From contig CAYMJR010000002.1 in assembly GCA_964391315.1 (NCBI GenBank), positions 89,223 through 153,222 on the forward strand: 64,000 nt of DNA, written 5' to 3'. The notes beneath the pieces were generated by a model. It made no database searches and was not told where the DNA came from. It was given only the letters and a program-made list of their open reading frames with translations. Shown here one piece after another: positions 34,209 to 44,273 of the stretch; position 1 is the stretch's first letter, and each line of letters starts with the position of its first letter. The position numbers and the translations under genes were made by a program. This DNA comes from an uncultured Gammaproteobacteria bacterium. GTDB lineage: Bacteria; Patescibacteriota; Microgenomatia; Levybacterales; UBA12049.

Positions 34209-35367
34209 TTGGCAAGTGATTATCTACTGGTAAATGCCCGCGTAAGGTGTTAGTTCGGAGTCGTCTCACAATATCTTCAGCAATAACTTTTGTTCCTGTT
34301 CCATCACCTAATGGTTGTTTCCAAGTAGTTCCAGTTATTTTTTCAAGCTTTTTAAAGACAATTTCCGGCGTATATTTCTCAGGTTGATCAGGATCAAATT
34401 TGACTGCTGATTTGACGTCATAGACTTGTGGTCTCTCTGTTGCTTTACGGATATTAATACAGGGAATGTTAAGTATACAGGCTTCTTCATTAACTGTTCC
34501 AGAATCAGTAATAACGGCTTTTGCATGAGTCATGAGAACCAGGATTTCTTCATAACCAACTGGATCGACAACGATGAGATTTACTGGTTTTTTTATTTTC
34601 ATTGCCTTCATAATTTTTTGTGTTCGGTAACTTGCAGCAAAATAGACAGGATATTCAGCTTTTTCGATAAGATTCATAATGTTTAGAAATGCTTTTGGAA
34701 TTTCAACATTTTCTCTTCTGTGACATGTCATAAAGTAATATTTGTTTTTTTCTATTCCTCTTTCTGCAAAAAATTTCTCAGTTGCCATTTTTTCAAATTT
34801 ATTTTTTCGAGAAAAATAAAATCTTTCTAATGTGTCAACGGCTGGATTGCCACTCACAACGATATATTTTGGGTTTAGTCCTTCTGCAATACCGCGTTCT
34901 TTGTATTCATCTGCATAGGTATAAATGACATCAGCCATATGGTCTGCGAGGGAGCGATATTTTTCTTCAGGCATCCGCCAATCATAAGAATGCCAACAGC
35001 CTTCAATATGAAGAAAAGGAATATTAAGTTGGATAGCGGCAATACATCCGGCGGCGGTATTGGTATCACCCAGAAAAGCAACTGCATCAGGTTTGAGTTT
35101 TTTTAAAACTGGATATAATTTTGCAATAACTTTTGATACTACTTCTGCATCTGTACGGCCTTTACAATCAAGTTCAATATCAGGCTTTTTTACTTTAAAC
35201 TCTCGAAAGAAAACGCCTTTTAAGTTATCTGAATAATGCTGTCCTGACCAAATAAGAACAAGTTCTATATCCTTTGCCTTTTGCAGGTGTTCAAGTATCA
35301 ATACCGCACGGATAAGCTCAGCACGTGTCCCAAGAACAAAGGCAAGTTTTTTCTTTTTATTTGTCAT
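34171..35367 (-). CDS. UDP-N-acetylhexosamine 2-epimerase (WecB/FnlC/WbvD-like)
   Basis: It has the GT-B-like epimerase pattern: LAFVLGTRAELIR, GDTNTAAG, HIEGCWHSYD, FMTCHRRENV and ITDSGTVNEEA. The start is set at MTNKKKKLAFV. Confidence 0.82.
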   Translation of the reverse strand: MTNKKKKLAFVLGTRAELIRAVLILEHLQKAKDIELVLIWSGQHYSDNLKGVFFREFKVKKPDIELDCKGRTDAEVVSKVIAKLYPVLKKLKPDAVAFLGDTNTAAGCIAAIQLNIPFLHIEGCWHSYDWRMPEEKYRSLADHMADVIYTYADEYKERGIAEGLNPKYIVVSGNPAVDTLERFYFSRKNKFEKMATEKFFAERGIEKNKYYFMTCHRRENVEIPKAFLNIMNLIEKAEYPVYFAASYRTQKIMKAMKIKKPVNLIVVDPVGYEEILVLMTHAKAVITDSGTVNEEACILNIPCINIRKATERPQVYDVKSAVKFDPDQPEKYTPEIVFKKLEKITGTTWKQPLGDGTGTKVIAEDIVRRLRTNTLRGHLPVDNHLPIARSFMEDGIKI

Positions 35368-36229
35368 ATTGTAAAGATGCTTCAAAAGAAATAAGTTCTT
35401 GAAGAGCTTTTTGAATATCGTTAGTGTACTGACTCATCATAAGTAAGTCAAGGTAGCAGCTTGTGAGTTGAACATTTCTTTTCTCACCAGAAATTTTTTT
35501 AATTGAATTTTGTTTATTAGACATTTTTGTTACAGTTTTAAGTATCTGAAATTTTGAAATTGGTCCAAGAGGAGCAAAATGAATAATTGGTGTTTTTTTT
35601 CGCAATTTCTCCCATAGGCCCCTAGAAACAAGTTCATCACAAAATTGTGCAAATTGTAAAGATGTACATCCTGTCCATTTCGCAGTAGAATTTCCGTTTA
35701 TTTTTTTTGTATGTAATGCCCATTCAAGCAGACCCTTATGATTGATAGGATCAAATCCGATAAAGGATGAACGCACTGTTAAGGCTTGTTTTGAATTTGT
35801 TTCACCCAATAATTTGCTGGCTCCATAATCATCGGGAGGGCCAGGAATTGTAACTTCATCAACAATACCAGCTTGTGGTGAGAATACTCCATCTGTTGAG
35901 ATATGAATTAATTTACTTTTATATAATTCTGCAATAATTTCAAGTTGATGGGGGAAAAGAGCATTTGTTGTAATGAGTTCATTTTTGTCTGTTACGTTTT
36001 TAAGGAGAGCAATACAATTTATTATATAGTCAATTTTTTTAAGATGGTTTTTAATATGCTTAAAATTACGATCAGAATTTTCAACAGTGTACGATAATAC
36101 TCTTTTATTGCTTTTTATTGTCTTTCTAGTTGTACCCCACACATTGTCTGGATAGAGTGAGTAAAGATACTCAAAAACAACTCTTCCAACCATTCCATCT
36201 GATCCGAGGATAAGAATATTTTTTTTCAT
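35357..36229 (-). CDS. NAD(P)-dependent nucleotide-sugar reductase, RmlD/WbvR-like
   Basis: 290 aa. It has KKNILILGSDGMVGRVV and the catalytic YGASK. The length is typical of the RmlD family. Confidence 0.7.
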   Translation of the reverse strand: MKKNILILGSDGMVGRVVFEYLYSLYPDNVWGTTRKTIKSNKRVLSYTVENSDRNFKHIKNHLKKIDYIINCIALLKNVTDKNELITTNALFPHQLEIIAELYKSKLIHISTDGVFSPQAGIVDEVTIPGPPDDYGASKLLGETNSKQALTVRSSFIGFDPINHKGLLEWALHTKKINGNSTAKWTGCTSLQFAQFCDELVSRGLWEKLRKKTPIIHFAPLGPISKFQILKTVTKMSNKQNSIKKISGEKRNVQLTSCYLDLLMMSQYTNDIQKALQELISFEASLQYDK

Positions 36230-36230
36230 A

Positions 36231-37502
36231 CTAAGATATAATATGTACCTGAGGCAGTGGAACTATAAATTTGCCTCCTTTTTCAAGATATTTTTGATTT
36301 CTTTTCTTTATCTCTTCAAAAAATGACCACGCAAAGAGAACAACAAAGTCAGGTTTTTCCTTTGATTCTAAAATGTCTGAAGGTACTATTTGTAAGTGAG
36401 TGCCAGGTGTATATGAACCTTGTTTGGCAGGGGCATCATCGATAACATATTCAAGCAATTCATTGGATAACCCACAATAATTCATAATAATTGTTCCACG
36501 TCCGGACGCACCATACCCTGCAATTTTTTTATTCTCATTTTTAAGAGAATAAAGAAGTTTTAACAAATCTTTTTTTGTTTTTTCAATTTTTTTTGCATAG
36601 GAAAGATATGTCTCTAACTTGTGAAATTTTTTCTGTTTTTCTTCTTTGAGACATAGTTGAACATTTTTAGAAATAGTGTGTTCGCCACCACGTTTATTTT
36701 GTACATAGACACGTATTGATCCTGCATGAATTGGTATAAACCTTACATCATAGATTTCCATTTCATACTGGGCGAAAAGATTTTTAAGCGTCATCAAAGA
36801 GTAATAATATTGATGTTCATGATAGATCATGTCGTATTGAAGCTCTTTAAGAACATTTCCTAAATAGTGCACTTCAAAAACGAGGCTGCCATTAGATTTC
36901 AACACTATTTTAATTCCCTTTAAAACATCGTGCATATCTTCAATATGAGCGAGTGTATTGGAACTAAATATAAAATCCGCTTGTCCATATTCCTCTTTTA
37001 TTTTTTTTGCAACAGCTTCAGTGAAATAATCGTTAATTATTGGCATACCTTTTTTGATTAATGGTTTAACGATATTTGCTGCTGGGTCAACACCAAGAGC
37101 ATGTGCATTTTTCTTCAAGACAGCATTAATAAATGTTCCATCGTTACAGCCAATTTCTACGACAAACGTTTCTTTATTTGCATTATTTGTCAAAAGCTCT
37201 TTAACCGTTTGTTGAAAATGATCGGTGAGAGTTTTGATAGCAGAGGAGTGATAAAAATAATCTTTGAAAAGTGTATCAGCGTTTATTACATTAATCGATT
37301 GGAGTAAGAAACAATTTTGGCAAAATGAAATTTTAAGAGGGAAAAACTTTTCTTCTGTGAGTACTTTCTGAGACTTAATAAATCCTCCCGCAAGCGGTAC
37401 ATTGCCTAAATCGATAACAGGTGCTAATAATTTACTGGAGCAAAAACGGCATACATCATAAGATCTGTATTCGCCAATAGTTTTAAATGCAGGAGATTTC
37501 AT
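36231..37502 (-). CDS. NDP-hexose C-methyltransferase-like protein (Zn ribbon + class I MTase + C-terminal C-methyltransferase domain; TylC3-type architecture)
   Basis: It has CRFCSSKLLAPVIDLGNVPLAGGF...FCQNCFLLQ, VEIGCNDGTF and NTLAHIEDM, plus a ~130-aa C-terminal domain ending PLPQVHII. It is a paralogue of 45430-46659. Confidence 0.7.
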   Translation of the reverse strand: MKSPAFKTIGEYRSYDVCRFCSSKLLAPVIDLGNVPLAGGFIKSQKVLTEEKFFPLKISFCQNCFLLQSINVINADTLFKDYFYHSSAIKTLTDHFQQTVKELLTNNANKETFVVEIGCNDGTFINAVLKKNAHALGVDPAANIVKPLIKKGMPIINDYFTEAVAKKIKEEYGQADFIFSSNTLAHIEDMHDVLKGIKIVLKSNGSLVFEVHYLGNVLKELQYDMIYHEHQYYYSLMTLKNLFAQYEMEIYDVRFIPIHAGSIRVYVQNKRGGEHTISKNVQLCLKEEKQKKFHKLETYLSYAKKIEKTKKDLLKLLYSLKNENKKIAGYGASGRGTIIMNYCGLSNELLEYVIDDAPAKQGSYTPGTHLQIVPSDILESKEKPDFVVLFAWSFFEEIKKRNQKYLEKGGKFIVPLPQVHIIS

Positions 37503-37545
37503 GAATGTAGCTGCTTTGGTTATTTATGAGTTATAATAATATACA

Positions 37546-37968
37546 ATGAAGCTAAATAATGCAATAGTTCGCTATTCTGGTTTTTATATTGTGTCTTTAT
37601 CCGTTTTATCGGCTTCCAGTTTTTTCCCGTTACCTTGGGATGTTAAAAAAATCATGTTAATAATATTGTATTTTATGATTTTTTTACCGCTAGTTCTTTT
37701 AGTACTTAACATCAAACATAAGAAGATGTTCTGGTCTTGTTTTATTTTTCTTTTCTTTATCATAGGAGTTTCTGCAGTATGTTTTAGATATTTGCGTAAT
37801 ATATTTTCTAATCACCAAATAGCAAAAAGTGCAAGTGTCGGCTATGCGCAATACTTTGGTTATCCGCTTTATTTAGATTCAATACTTTTTTTTGTTATAG
37901 TTTTTTCTCCCATTATTTTTTATATTATTGTGAAATTAGCAAGATATAGAAACAAACGAATCAAATGA
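37546..37968 (+). CDS. Small 4-TM membrane protein (140 aa), function unknown
   Basis: It has four hydrophobic segments and a basic C-terminus. Its stop overlaps the next start (ATGA). Size and topology are comparable to GtrA-type proteins, but no GtrA motif was recognised. Confidence 0.5.
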   Translation: MKLNNAIVRYSGFYIVSLSVLSASSFFPLPWDVKKIMLIILYFMIFLPLVLLVLNIKHKKMFWSCFIFLFFIIGVSAVCFRYLRNIFSNHQIAKSASVGYAQYFGYPLYLDSILFFVIVFSPIIFYIIVKLARYRNKRIK

Positions 37969-39500
37969 AAAAACAAATTTTTTTACTTATTCTGCTCTTT
38001 TCAGTATTTAGCATTTTTTCACTGAGTAATATAACTAATTTTTGTAGAATTTATCCAACACAAGGAGCGGATAATGAATCACTTTTATTGTGGCAATATG
38101 CTGCCAGCATAGGAATACAACAGTATAAAGATATTTTTTATCCTTATGGTCTTCTCAATTACTACAAAGATAGTAATATATTTTTTGCTCTCATTTATTT
38201 CTTTCTTACCCCTGCGTTATTTATTGGAATATTTTTGGCATTAAAACAGTTATTCCAAGATAAAGTTCTTACTACCGTAGCAACAGTTTCTTTTCTTTTT
38301 TTTATTGGTACAATTACAGGGTTTGAAACATTTACAAGATATGGTCCTTTAGTAGTTGCAGCAATATTTTTTTCTTATGTTTTTTATAAGCGTAAACAAG
38401 GAAATAAAAAAATCCTAATTATAAGTGGTGCTTTGACTAGTTTACTCTTTCCTTTAATAAACGATTTTGGATTTTATACACCAGTTATTTTCATTGTATT
38501 TGCGTTTATTGAAACCTTAATAAGTACTGCATTTAATCTTTCAATCACGACTATAAAACAATTTCTACGACAAACATTTTACTTTTTCTCAGGTTATTTT
38601 CTTGGTCTATTACCATTTTTTTCTTATCTTATTTTGACACATTCTTTTTCAGGATTTTTACTTTATCTACAAAATCTCCACGACATTGCTCAATTTGCTA
38701 AAACACCATTTTTCCATTCGATTGGCTCCATAGATAATATTTTTACTATTGGAATACTTATCTCAACAATTTTTTTCTTGAGTTTTAATTTTTTTCTTGG
38801 CAAAAAAACACAATCTTTTAATACTTACCTTCAAATAGTTCTTACAATCGTTCTACTGCTTCTTGAACAAAAAAGTATCATTCGATCAATTGATACACAA
38901 ATTACTTTTATTGGATTGCTTCTTTTTTTCTGTTTCTTTTATGAATGTATTCTTCTTATGCAGAGTCATAAAGTTGAAAATTCTTTTATTGCTGTTTATT
39001 TTATTAATTTTTTATTCATGATTATCTTTCTTATTGGTCTTCATCCAGTAGATCAACAAATAAATTTATTAAGAGCGTCTAAGAATATATTTAATACATT
39101 TACTAATAAGTCTTGTATTGAACAAAATGTTTCTTATCTTACCTCTCAAAATAAACAACTTTTACAAGTGAAAGATAAGGTTAGTCACATTGAAGGATTT
39201 AATGGGAAAGTTTTTACTTTTCCTGGAGAACCAATCTTTTATATTTTATTCAAGCAAATTCCTCCTTATTATCCAACAATTTATGAAGCAACTCCACTAT
39301 ACGCACAACTGCAATTAATACATTATATTGAAACTCAACACATTAATATTGTCATTTATAATAGTAACGTAAAAAGTATTCATGACGAGGTTCCGGATGC
39401 AGTAAGAGGAAGGTTTCTATATAGTTATCTCCAAACCAATTATTCATTTTATGATAAAGTAGGCAATTATCTTATTTATAAAAGGAATTCTCAAAGGTAG
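37965..39500 (+). CDS. Polytopic membrane protein with soluble C-terminal domain, glycan-cluster associated
   Basis: 511 aa with more than 10 TM helices and a ~130-aa non-membrane C-terminus. No family was recognised. Confidence 0.5.
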   Translation: MKKQIFLLILLFSVFSIFSLSNITNFCRIYPTQGADNESLLLWQYAASIGIQQYKDIFYPYGLLNYYKDSNIFFALIYFFLTPALFIGIFLALKQLFQDKVLTTVATVSFLFFIGTITGFETFTRYGPLVVAAIFFSYVFYKRKQGNKKILIISGALTSLLFPLINDFGFYTPVIFIVFAFIETLISTAFNLSITTIKQFLRQTFYFFSGYFLGLLPFFSYLILTHSFSGFLLYLQNLHDIAQFAKTPFFHSIGSIDNIFTIGILISTIFFLSFNFFLGKKTQSFNTYLQIVLTIVLLLLEQKSIIRSIDTQITFIGLLLFFCFFYECILLMQSHKVENSFIAVYFINFLFMIIFLIGLHPVDQQINLLRASKNIFNTFTNKSCIEQNVSYLTSQNKQLLQVKDKVSHIEGFNGKVFTFPGEPIFYILFKQIPPYYPTIYEATPLYAQLQLIHYIETQHINIVIYNSNVKSIHDEVPDAVRGRFLYSYLQTNYSFYDKVGNYLIYKRNSQR

Positions 39501-39506
39501 AATAAA

Positions 39507-40388
39507 CTATTTTTTTGAAGCAGTAATAATCATTTCTCCAATATAAAACGGCAAAACTTTTTTTGAATTATTGAACATTTTATCCATAGGTTTGAAAAGA
39601 GAATAAAATTCAGGGCCAAAATTATTGAACATATTATATACATAACCAATTGGCAGTTTTTTCCGATGGGGAGTAAAAGTTATGTTACTGAATCCTTCCT
39701 TTTTTAGCGCTTTTTCCAAACCTTCTCTGCTAAATAGATGAATGTGTTCGATAGGAGTATAGGGAGGCCAATATTTTTTCATTATTTTTGCAAGAAATGA
39801 TGAACTATTTGGTGTTTGAATCATGAGAATACCGTTTTTATTTAGTAATTGGTGACTTCGTTTTATCAGTGAGAGAGGATTTGGCACGTGTTCAATTAAT
39901 CCAAGGAGAGTTATGATATCATATTTTTTTTGAGGAAATTTAAAGGTGGTGACATCTGCTTGATAAATTCTTCCTGGAAATTTTTTGCTTGCTATCTCAA
40001 CAGCTTGTTTTTGTAGTTCTACTCCGTATACTTCTGCCTTCTTCTGCGCAATAAGTTTTAAAAAATCGCCTGTGAAACAACCAACATCAAGAACTTTTTT
40101 ATGTATCAATGTTTGATTTCGAGTCTTTAGTTGTTTTTCAAGAATATCTACAAATTCAGCATAGACAGAAGAATATTGTGGAGCGTATTTTCGAAGGAGC
40201 TGATAATTCCCTTTTTTATATTTTTTTGCATAATGTTCCTCTGTTTCTGTAAGTGTGACAAGAGGATATGTTGAAACGAGTTGACAGTTTCTACAACGAA
40301 AATAATAAAAATTTTTATAGGTAAATTCAAAATATTGTTGTTTTTTGCAAACAACGCATTTAGTTTTATTTGGTTTGTCTGAATACAT
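39507..40388 (-). CDS. SAM-dependent methyltransferase with N-terminal Cys4 zinc ribbon
   Basis: It has CVVCKKQ...CRNCQLVSTYP, VLDVGCFTGDF and LLGLIEHV. It is a paralogue of 29567-30463. Confidence 0.8.
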   Translation of the reverse strand: MYSDKPNKTKCVVCKKQQYFEFTYKNFYYFRCRNCQLVSTYPLVTLTETEEHYAKKYKKGNYQLLRKYAPQYSSVYAEFVDILEKQLKTRNQTLIHKKVLDVGCFTGDFLKLIAQKKAEVYGVELQKQAVEIASKKFPGRIYQADVTTFKFPQKKYDIITLLGLIEHVPNPLSLIKRSHQLLNKNGILMIQTPNSSSFLAKIMKKYWPPYTPIEHIHLFSREGLEKALKKEGFSNITFTPHRKKLPIGYVYNMFNNFGPEFYSLFKPMDKMFNNSKKVLPFYIGEMIITASKK

Positions 40389-40450
40389 AATCTTTTTTTA
40401 TTGTCACATATGTTGTAATATATGAGCTAATTAAAGACAAAATTTCATAG

Positions 40451-42988
40451 ATGAAAATATCATTTATTACAACGATTTTCAATGAGGAAAAAACAATTGG
40501 AGTGTTTTTAGACTCATTATTTTCTCAAAGTAGATTACCTGATGAGGTTATTATTGTTGATGGTGGATCAACTGATGCATCAGTTGAAAAAGTTAAGATT
40601 TATGGTTCAAAAATTAAGAAAAAAAAGGTAAGGTTTGAAGTTTCCATAAAACACGGGAATAGGTCAGTAGGGAGAAACGAAGCGATTAAAAATACTACTG
40701 GAGATATTATTGTTTGTTCAGACTCAGGGAATATTTTAGACAAAGATTGGATTAAAAATATCACAAAACCATTTAAAGATAACTCAATAAATGTAGTTGC
40801 AGGATATTATAAAGCAAAACCTCGCAATATTTTTCAAAAATGTTTACTTCCCTTTGTGTTTGTCATGCCAGATAAAGTTGACCCAGATAATTTCCTTCCG
40901 GCGACGCGTTCAGTTGCATTTACAAAAAAAATGTGGAAGAAAGTCGGAGGTTTTGACGAAAGATTTTCTCACAACGAAGATTATGTATTTGCAAATAAAT
41001 TAAAGGAAATGAAAGCAAAAATTGTTTTTGCTAAAGATGCAATTGTTTACTGGTTGCCGCGAAATACTTTTAAAGAGGCTTTTGTTATGTTCTTCAGGTT
41101 TGCCTTTGGTGATGCAGAATCCGGAATGTGGAGAACAAATGTACAATTACTTTTCGCAAGATATTTTTTAGGGTTATATTTTATATTTCTTAGTTTTCTT
41201 TATAGGTCATTAGTTCCGATTGGTATTGTTTTACTTTTCTTTATTCTTTATGTTATATGGTCTATTAAAAAAAATTTTAAATATGTAAAACACAAGAAAG
41301 CATATGTAATTTTACCACTGCTGCAATTTACAGCTGATTTTGCTGTTTTATCTGGAACAACATGTGGATTATTGAAAAAATTGAGAACTATTAATTATTA
41401 TGTGGCAATAAAACAACATGCATTTTTGTTTACCATTATTACTTTCTATGTATTTATAACCTTATTTACTCTACAGTGGGGGATTCCAAATCAAAATCAT
41501 CCTTTTCCCTATCATATGGACGAATGGCATCAATTGCAAGCAGTCGCAAACACATTTAGGTATGGTACTCCGAATACCGCCGGATCTGCAAATGGTACTA
41601 TGCTGCATTTCCTTTTAAGTGGTTTTTATCTTATTCCATTTATGGCCTTAAAAATTATTAATCCTTTTGCATTATCTATTACAAATTTAATTATGAGAGA
41701 AAAAGTATTTGAAGTATTAAGAATAAATACTATCATGTGGGGAGTTCTTTCAATTATTGCCATATATAATATATCTGGTCTTCTTACTACCTCAAAAAAA
41801 CTAGCAATTTTTTTCTTTACATTTTCACCGATTTGGCTAATGCTCAGCGGTTATTTTAAGTATGATATTGGACTTATGTTTTGGTTAGTGCTGTCTCTTT
41901 ATTTTTTTCTTCGTTTTGCCAAAAATTCAAGGAATGAGAACTTTTTAATAGCTGCAATCCCTGCTGGGCTTGCCGTAGCAGTTAAAATAAGCGCTTTTCC
42001 ACTATTACTTTTATATATCTTTTCATATTTTTGGTTCAATCCCTTATGGAAAAACTCATGGAAATATCTTTTTGCAGGATTAGTAGTCTTCGTCAGTTGT
42101 GTAATTCTCTTTGGAATGCCCGATACTGTTTTTGGTAAGGGAAATATATTGGTATATTTATATCAAAATCTTATCCAAAGTCAGGGAGCAGCATCAAACT
42201 TTATACTTCCGACGAATACTTATAGTTATCTCTTTATCACGCTTTATCCATTACTCTTCGGAAATGGAGTATTTATTCTGTTTCTTATTTCCTGCGTATT
42301 TTGGTTAATTACTTTTTTAAAAAGCGGTGTGAACACATTTAAAGTAGAAGTATTTATGTGGATTTCAGCAATTGTGTTTCTTGCAAGTATCGCATCCATA
42401 CAAATATTCGGAAGTGGCAATAGAAGCTTAGTAATGCTGCCATTTTTAGTTTTGTTGATAGTACTTACATGGAAAGAAGTACAAAAATATTCTCTTAAAA
42501 ATTTATTTGTAGTAGTTCTTTGTTTTGCAATATTAGCTCAGGTTTATGAATCACTTGCTTGGGTAAATATACGACTTCATAAAAGTCCTCAAGAAACATC
42601 GTCAGAGTGGATTATTAAAAATATACCTAAAGGAACAATGATTGGTATAGAAAATATACCGGTTTATCAAAACCTTCCAAATATTATAGAAGAAGAGTTT
42701 TATTTGAAACAATATACTGGTGAAAATACTAGTCTCTATAGGTACCAACTTGTTGAATATAAAAGTAAATCATTGCCATCGACAGTCGTTGTAACCAGTG
42801 ATGCAATTGAAAGATTAGTGGTAAAACAATCAGTAAAAAATGATTTGACCGAACGCCTTGATAAAGAAGGATATAAAAAAATTGCTACATTTGAGGCGAT
42901 AAAACCCTTTTCAAAGCTGAAAGATACTGATTTTTATTTTACCTGGCTTGTTGCCGCACCATTATCCACAACAATTTATCAAAAATAG
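40451..42988 (+). CDS. Fusion protein: N-terminal GT2 (GT-A) domain plus C-terminal polytopic GT-C-like domain
   Basis: 845 aa. Residues 1-~225 carry MKISFITTIFNEEKTIGVFLDSL..IIVDGGSTDAS..CSDSG (GT2). The rest has ~14 TM helices with an acidic loop (PYHMDEWHQ) after the first GT-C helix, followed by a soluble C-terminal domain. Confidence 0.72.
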   Translation: MKISFITTIFNEEKTIGVFLDSLFSQSRLPDEVIIVDGGSTDASVEKVKIYGSKIKKKKVRFEVSIKHGNRSVGRNEAIKNTTGDIIVCSDSGNILDKDWIKNITKPFKDNSINVVAGYYKAKPRNIFQKCLLPFVFVMPDKVDPDNFLPATRSVAFTKKMWKKVGGFDERFSHNEDYVFANKLKEMKAKIVFAKDAIVYWLPRNTFKEAFVMFFRFAFGDAESGMWRTNVQLLFARYFLGLYFIFLSFLYRSLVPIGIVLLFFILYVIWSIKKNFKYVKHKKAYVILPLLQFTADFAVLSGTTCGLLKKLRTINYYVAIKQHAFLFTIITFYVFITLFTLQWGIPNQNHPFPYHMDEWHQLQAVANTFRYGTPNTAGSANGTMLHFLLSGFYLIPFMALKIINPFALSITNLIMREKVFEVLRINTIMWGVLSIIAIYNISGLLTTSKKLAIFFFTFSPIWLMLSGYFKYDIGLMFWLVLSLYFFLRFAKNSRNENFLIAAIPAGLAVAVKISAFPLLLLYIFSYFWFNPLWKNSWKYLFAGLVVFVSCVILFGMPDTVFGKGNILVYLYQNLIQSQGAASNFILPTNTYSYLFITLYPLLFGNGVFILFLISCVFWLITFLKSGVNTFKVEVFMWISAIVFLASIASIQIFGSGNRSLVMLPFLVLLIVLTWKEVQKYSLKNLFVVVLCFAILAQVYESLAWVNIRLHKSPQETSSEWIIKNIPKGTMIGIENIPVYQNLPNIIEEEFYLKQYTGENTSLYRYQLVEYKSKSLPSTVVVTSDAIERLVVKQSVKNDLTERLDKEGYKKIATFEAIKPFSKLKDTDFYFTWLVAAPLSTTIYQK

Positions 42989-43000
42989 TATAATAAAACC

Positions 43001-44251
43001 ATGGGTTATACAAAAGAAGCAGTACACGGGGTATCGTGGATCACATTACTTCGTGGTTTAACAAGAGTTCTTACATTTATTCGTATCGCAATTTTAGGTC
43101 GCTTGCTTAATCCAACACAGTTTGGTTATTTTGGCATTGCATCATTACTGTTGGCGCTTCTGGAAATTTTGACTGAAACTGGCATAAATGTTTTTATCGT
43201 ACAGGAAAAAAAACATATAAAAGAATATATTGATTCTGCATGGCTTGTTTCAATTATAAGAGGTATGATTCTAGGATTTTTTATATTTGTTCTTGCTCCT
43301 GTTATTGCACATTATTTTAATTCACCTAATGCAACATTTATTATTATGCTCATGGCAATAGTGCCATTTATCCGAGGTTTTATTAACCCCGCAATTATTA
43401 CTTACCAAAAGGACCTACTTTTCCATAAAGAATTCCGTCTCCGTTCTATTCTTTTTTTTGTTGACGCTTTTGTTTCTATTTGTGTTGCATTTGTGACTAG
43501 AGACTCAATAAGCTTTGTTTGTGGACTGATCGCTTCTGCATTATTGGAAGTCACACTTTCTTATATTCTCATTTCTTTTAGACCAAAAATATCATTTCAA
43601 TTCCAACAAATTCGCCAGATTATCACGAGCGGATGGTGGGTTAATTTAACGGGAATTTTTTCATATTTTGCGGAAAATGGAGATAATATAACAGTAGGCA
43701 AAATATTAGGTGCAGGATCATTAGGTATTTATCAGGTTGCATATAAGTTTTCAACATTGCCAATTAGTGAAATTACAAACGTAGTGAATATGGTGATATT
43801 TCCTGTCTATACTCGATTGTTAGAAGATAAAGAGCGGCTTTGGAAAGCATTTATGAAGGTATCATTGCTTAGCTCACTTGGAGGAATTATGTTAAGCGGT
43901 GCAATATTTATTTTAGCAAAACCAATAATTCTTATTTTTATGGGAGGACAATGGGTGCAGGCAATACCTGTTGTTCAGGTTTTGGCGCTTTATGGAGCTA
44001 TCCGGACAATATTCGGAAATTTTGCACCACTGTTTCTTGCACTTGGTAAACAAGATTATGTAGCTAAAATGACTTTTGTTAGAGTAGCAGCATTACTTAT
44101 TGCAATAATACCTTTAGTAATGAAGTTCAATATGGTAGGAGCAGGATATGCGATGCTTCTTTCAATTTTTGCCGAAATTCCTTTCATCCTTTATTTTACT
44201 TTTTCTGTCTTTAAAAATAAAAAATTATTTAAGATGAAAATTTCACTATAA
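43001..44251 (+). CDS. Oligosaccharide/polysaccharide flippase, Wzx-like (MOP superfamily)
   Basis: 416 aa with ~12 TM helices. The N-terminus (GVSWITLLRGLTRVLTFIRIAILGRLLNPTQFGYFGIA) is typical of polysaccharide biosynthesis (Wzx) proteins. Confidence 0.75.
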   Translation: MGYTKEAVHGVSWITLLRGLTRVLTFIRIAILGRLLNPTQFGYFGIASLLLALLEILTETGINVFIVQEKKHIKEYIDSAWLVSIIRGMILGFFIFVLAPVIAHYFNSPNATFIIMLMAIVPFIRGFINPAIITYQKDLLFHKEFRLRSILFFVDAFVSICVAFVTRDSISFVCGLIASALLEVTLSYILISFRPKISFQFQQIRQIITSGWWVNLTGIFSYFAENGDNITVGKILGAGSLGIYQVAYKFSTLPISEITNVVNMVIFPVYTRLLEDKERLWKAFMKVSLLSSLGGIMLSGAIFILAKPIILIFMGGQWVQAIPVVQVLALYGAIRTIFGNFAPLFLALGKQDYVAKMTFVRVAALLIAIIPLVMKFNMVGAGYAMLLSIFAEIPFILYFTFSVFKNKKLFKMKISL

Positions 44252-44273
44252 ATATGCTAACCATGAGTAATTA

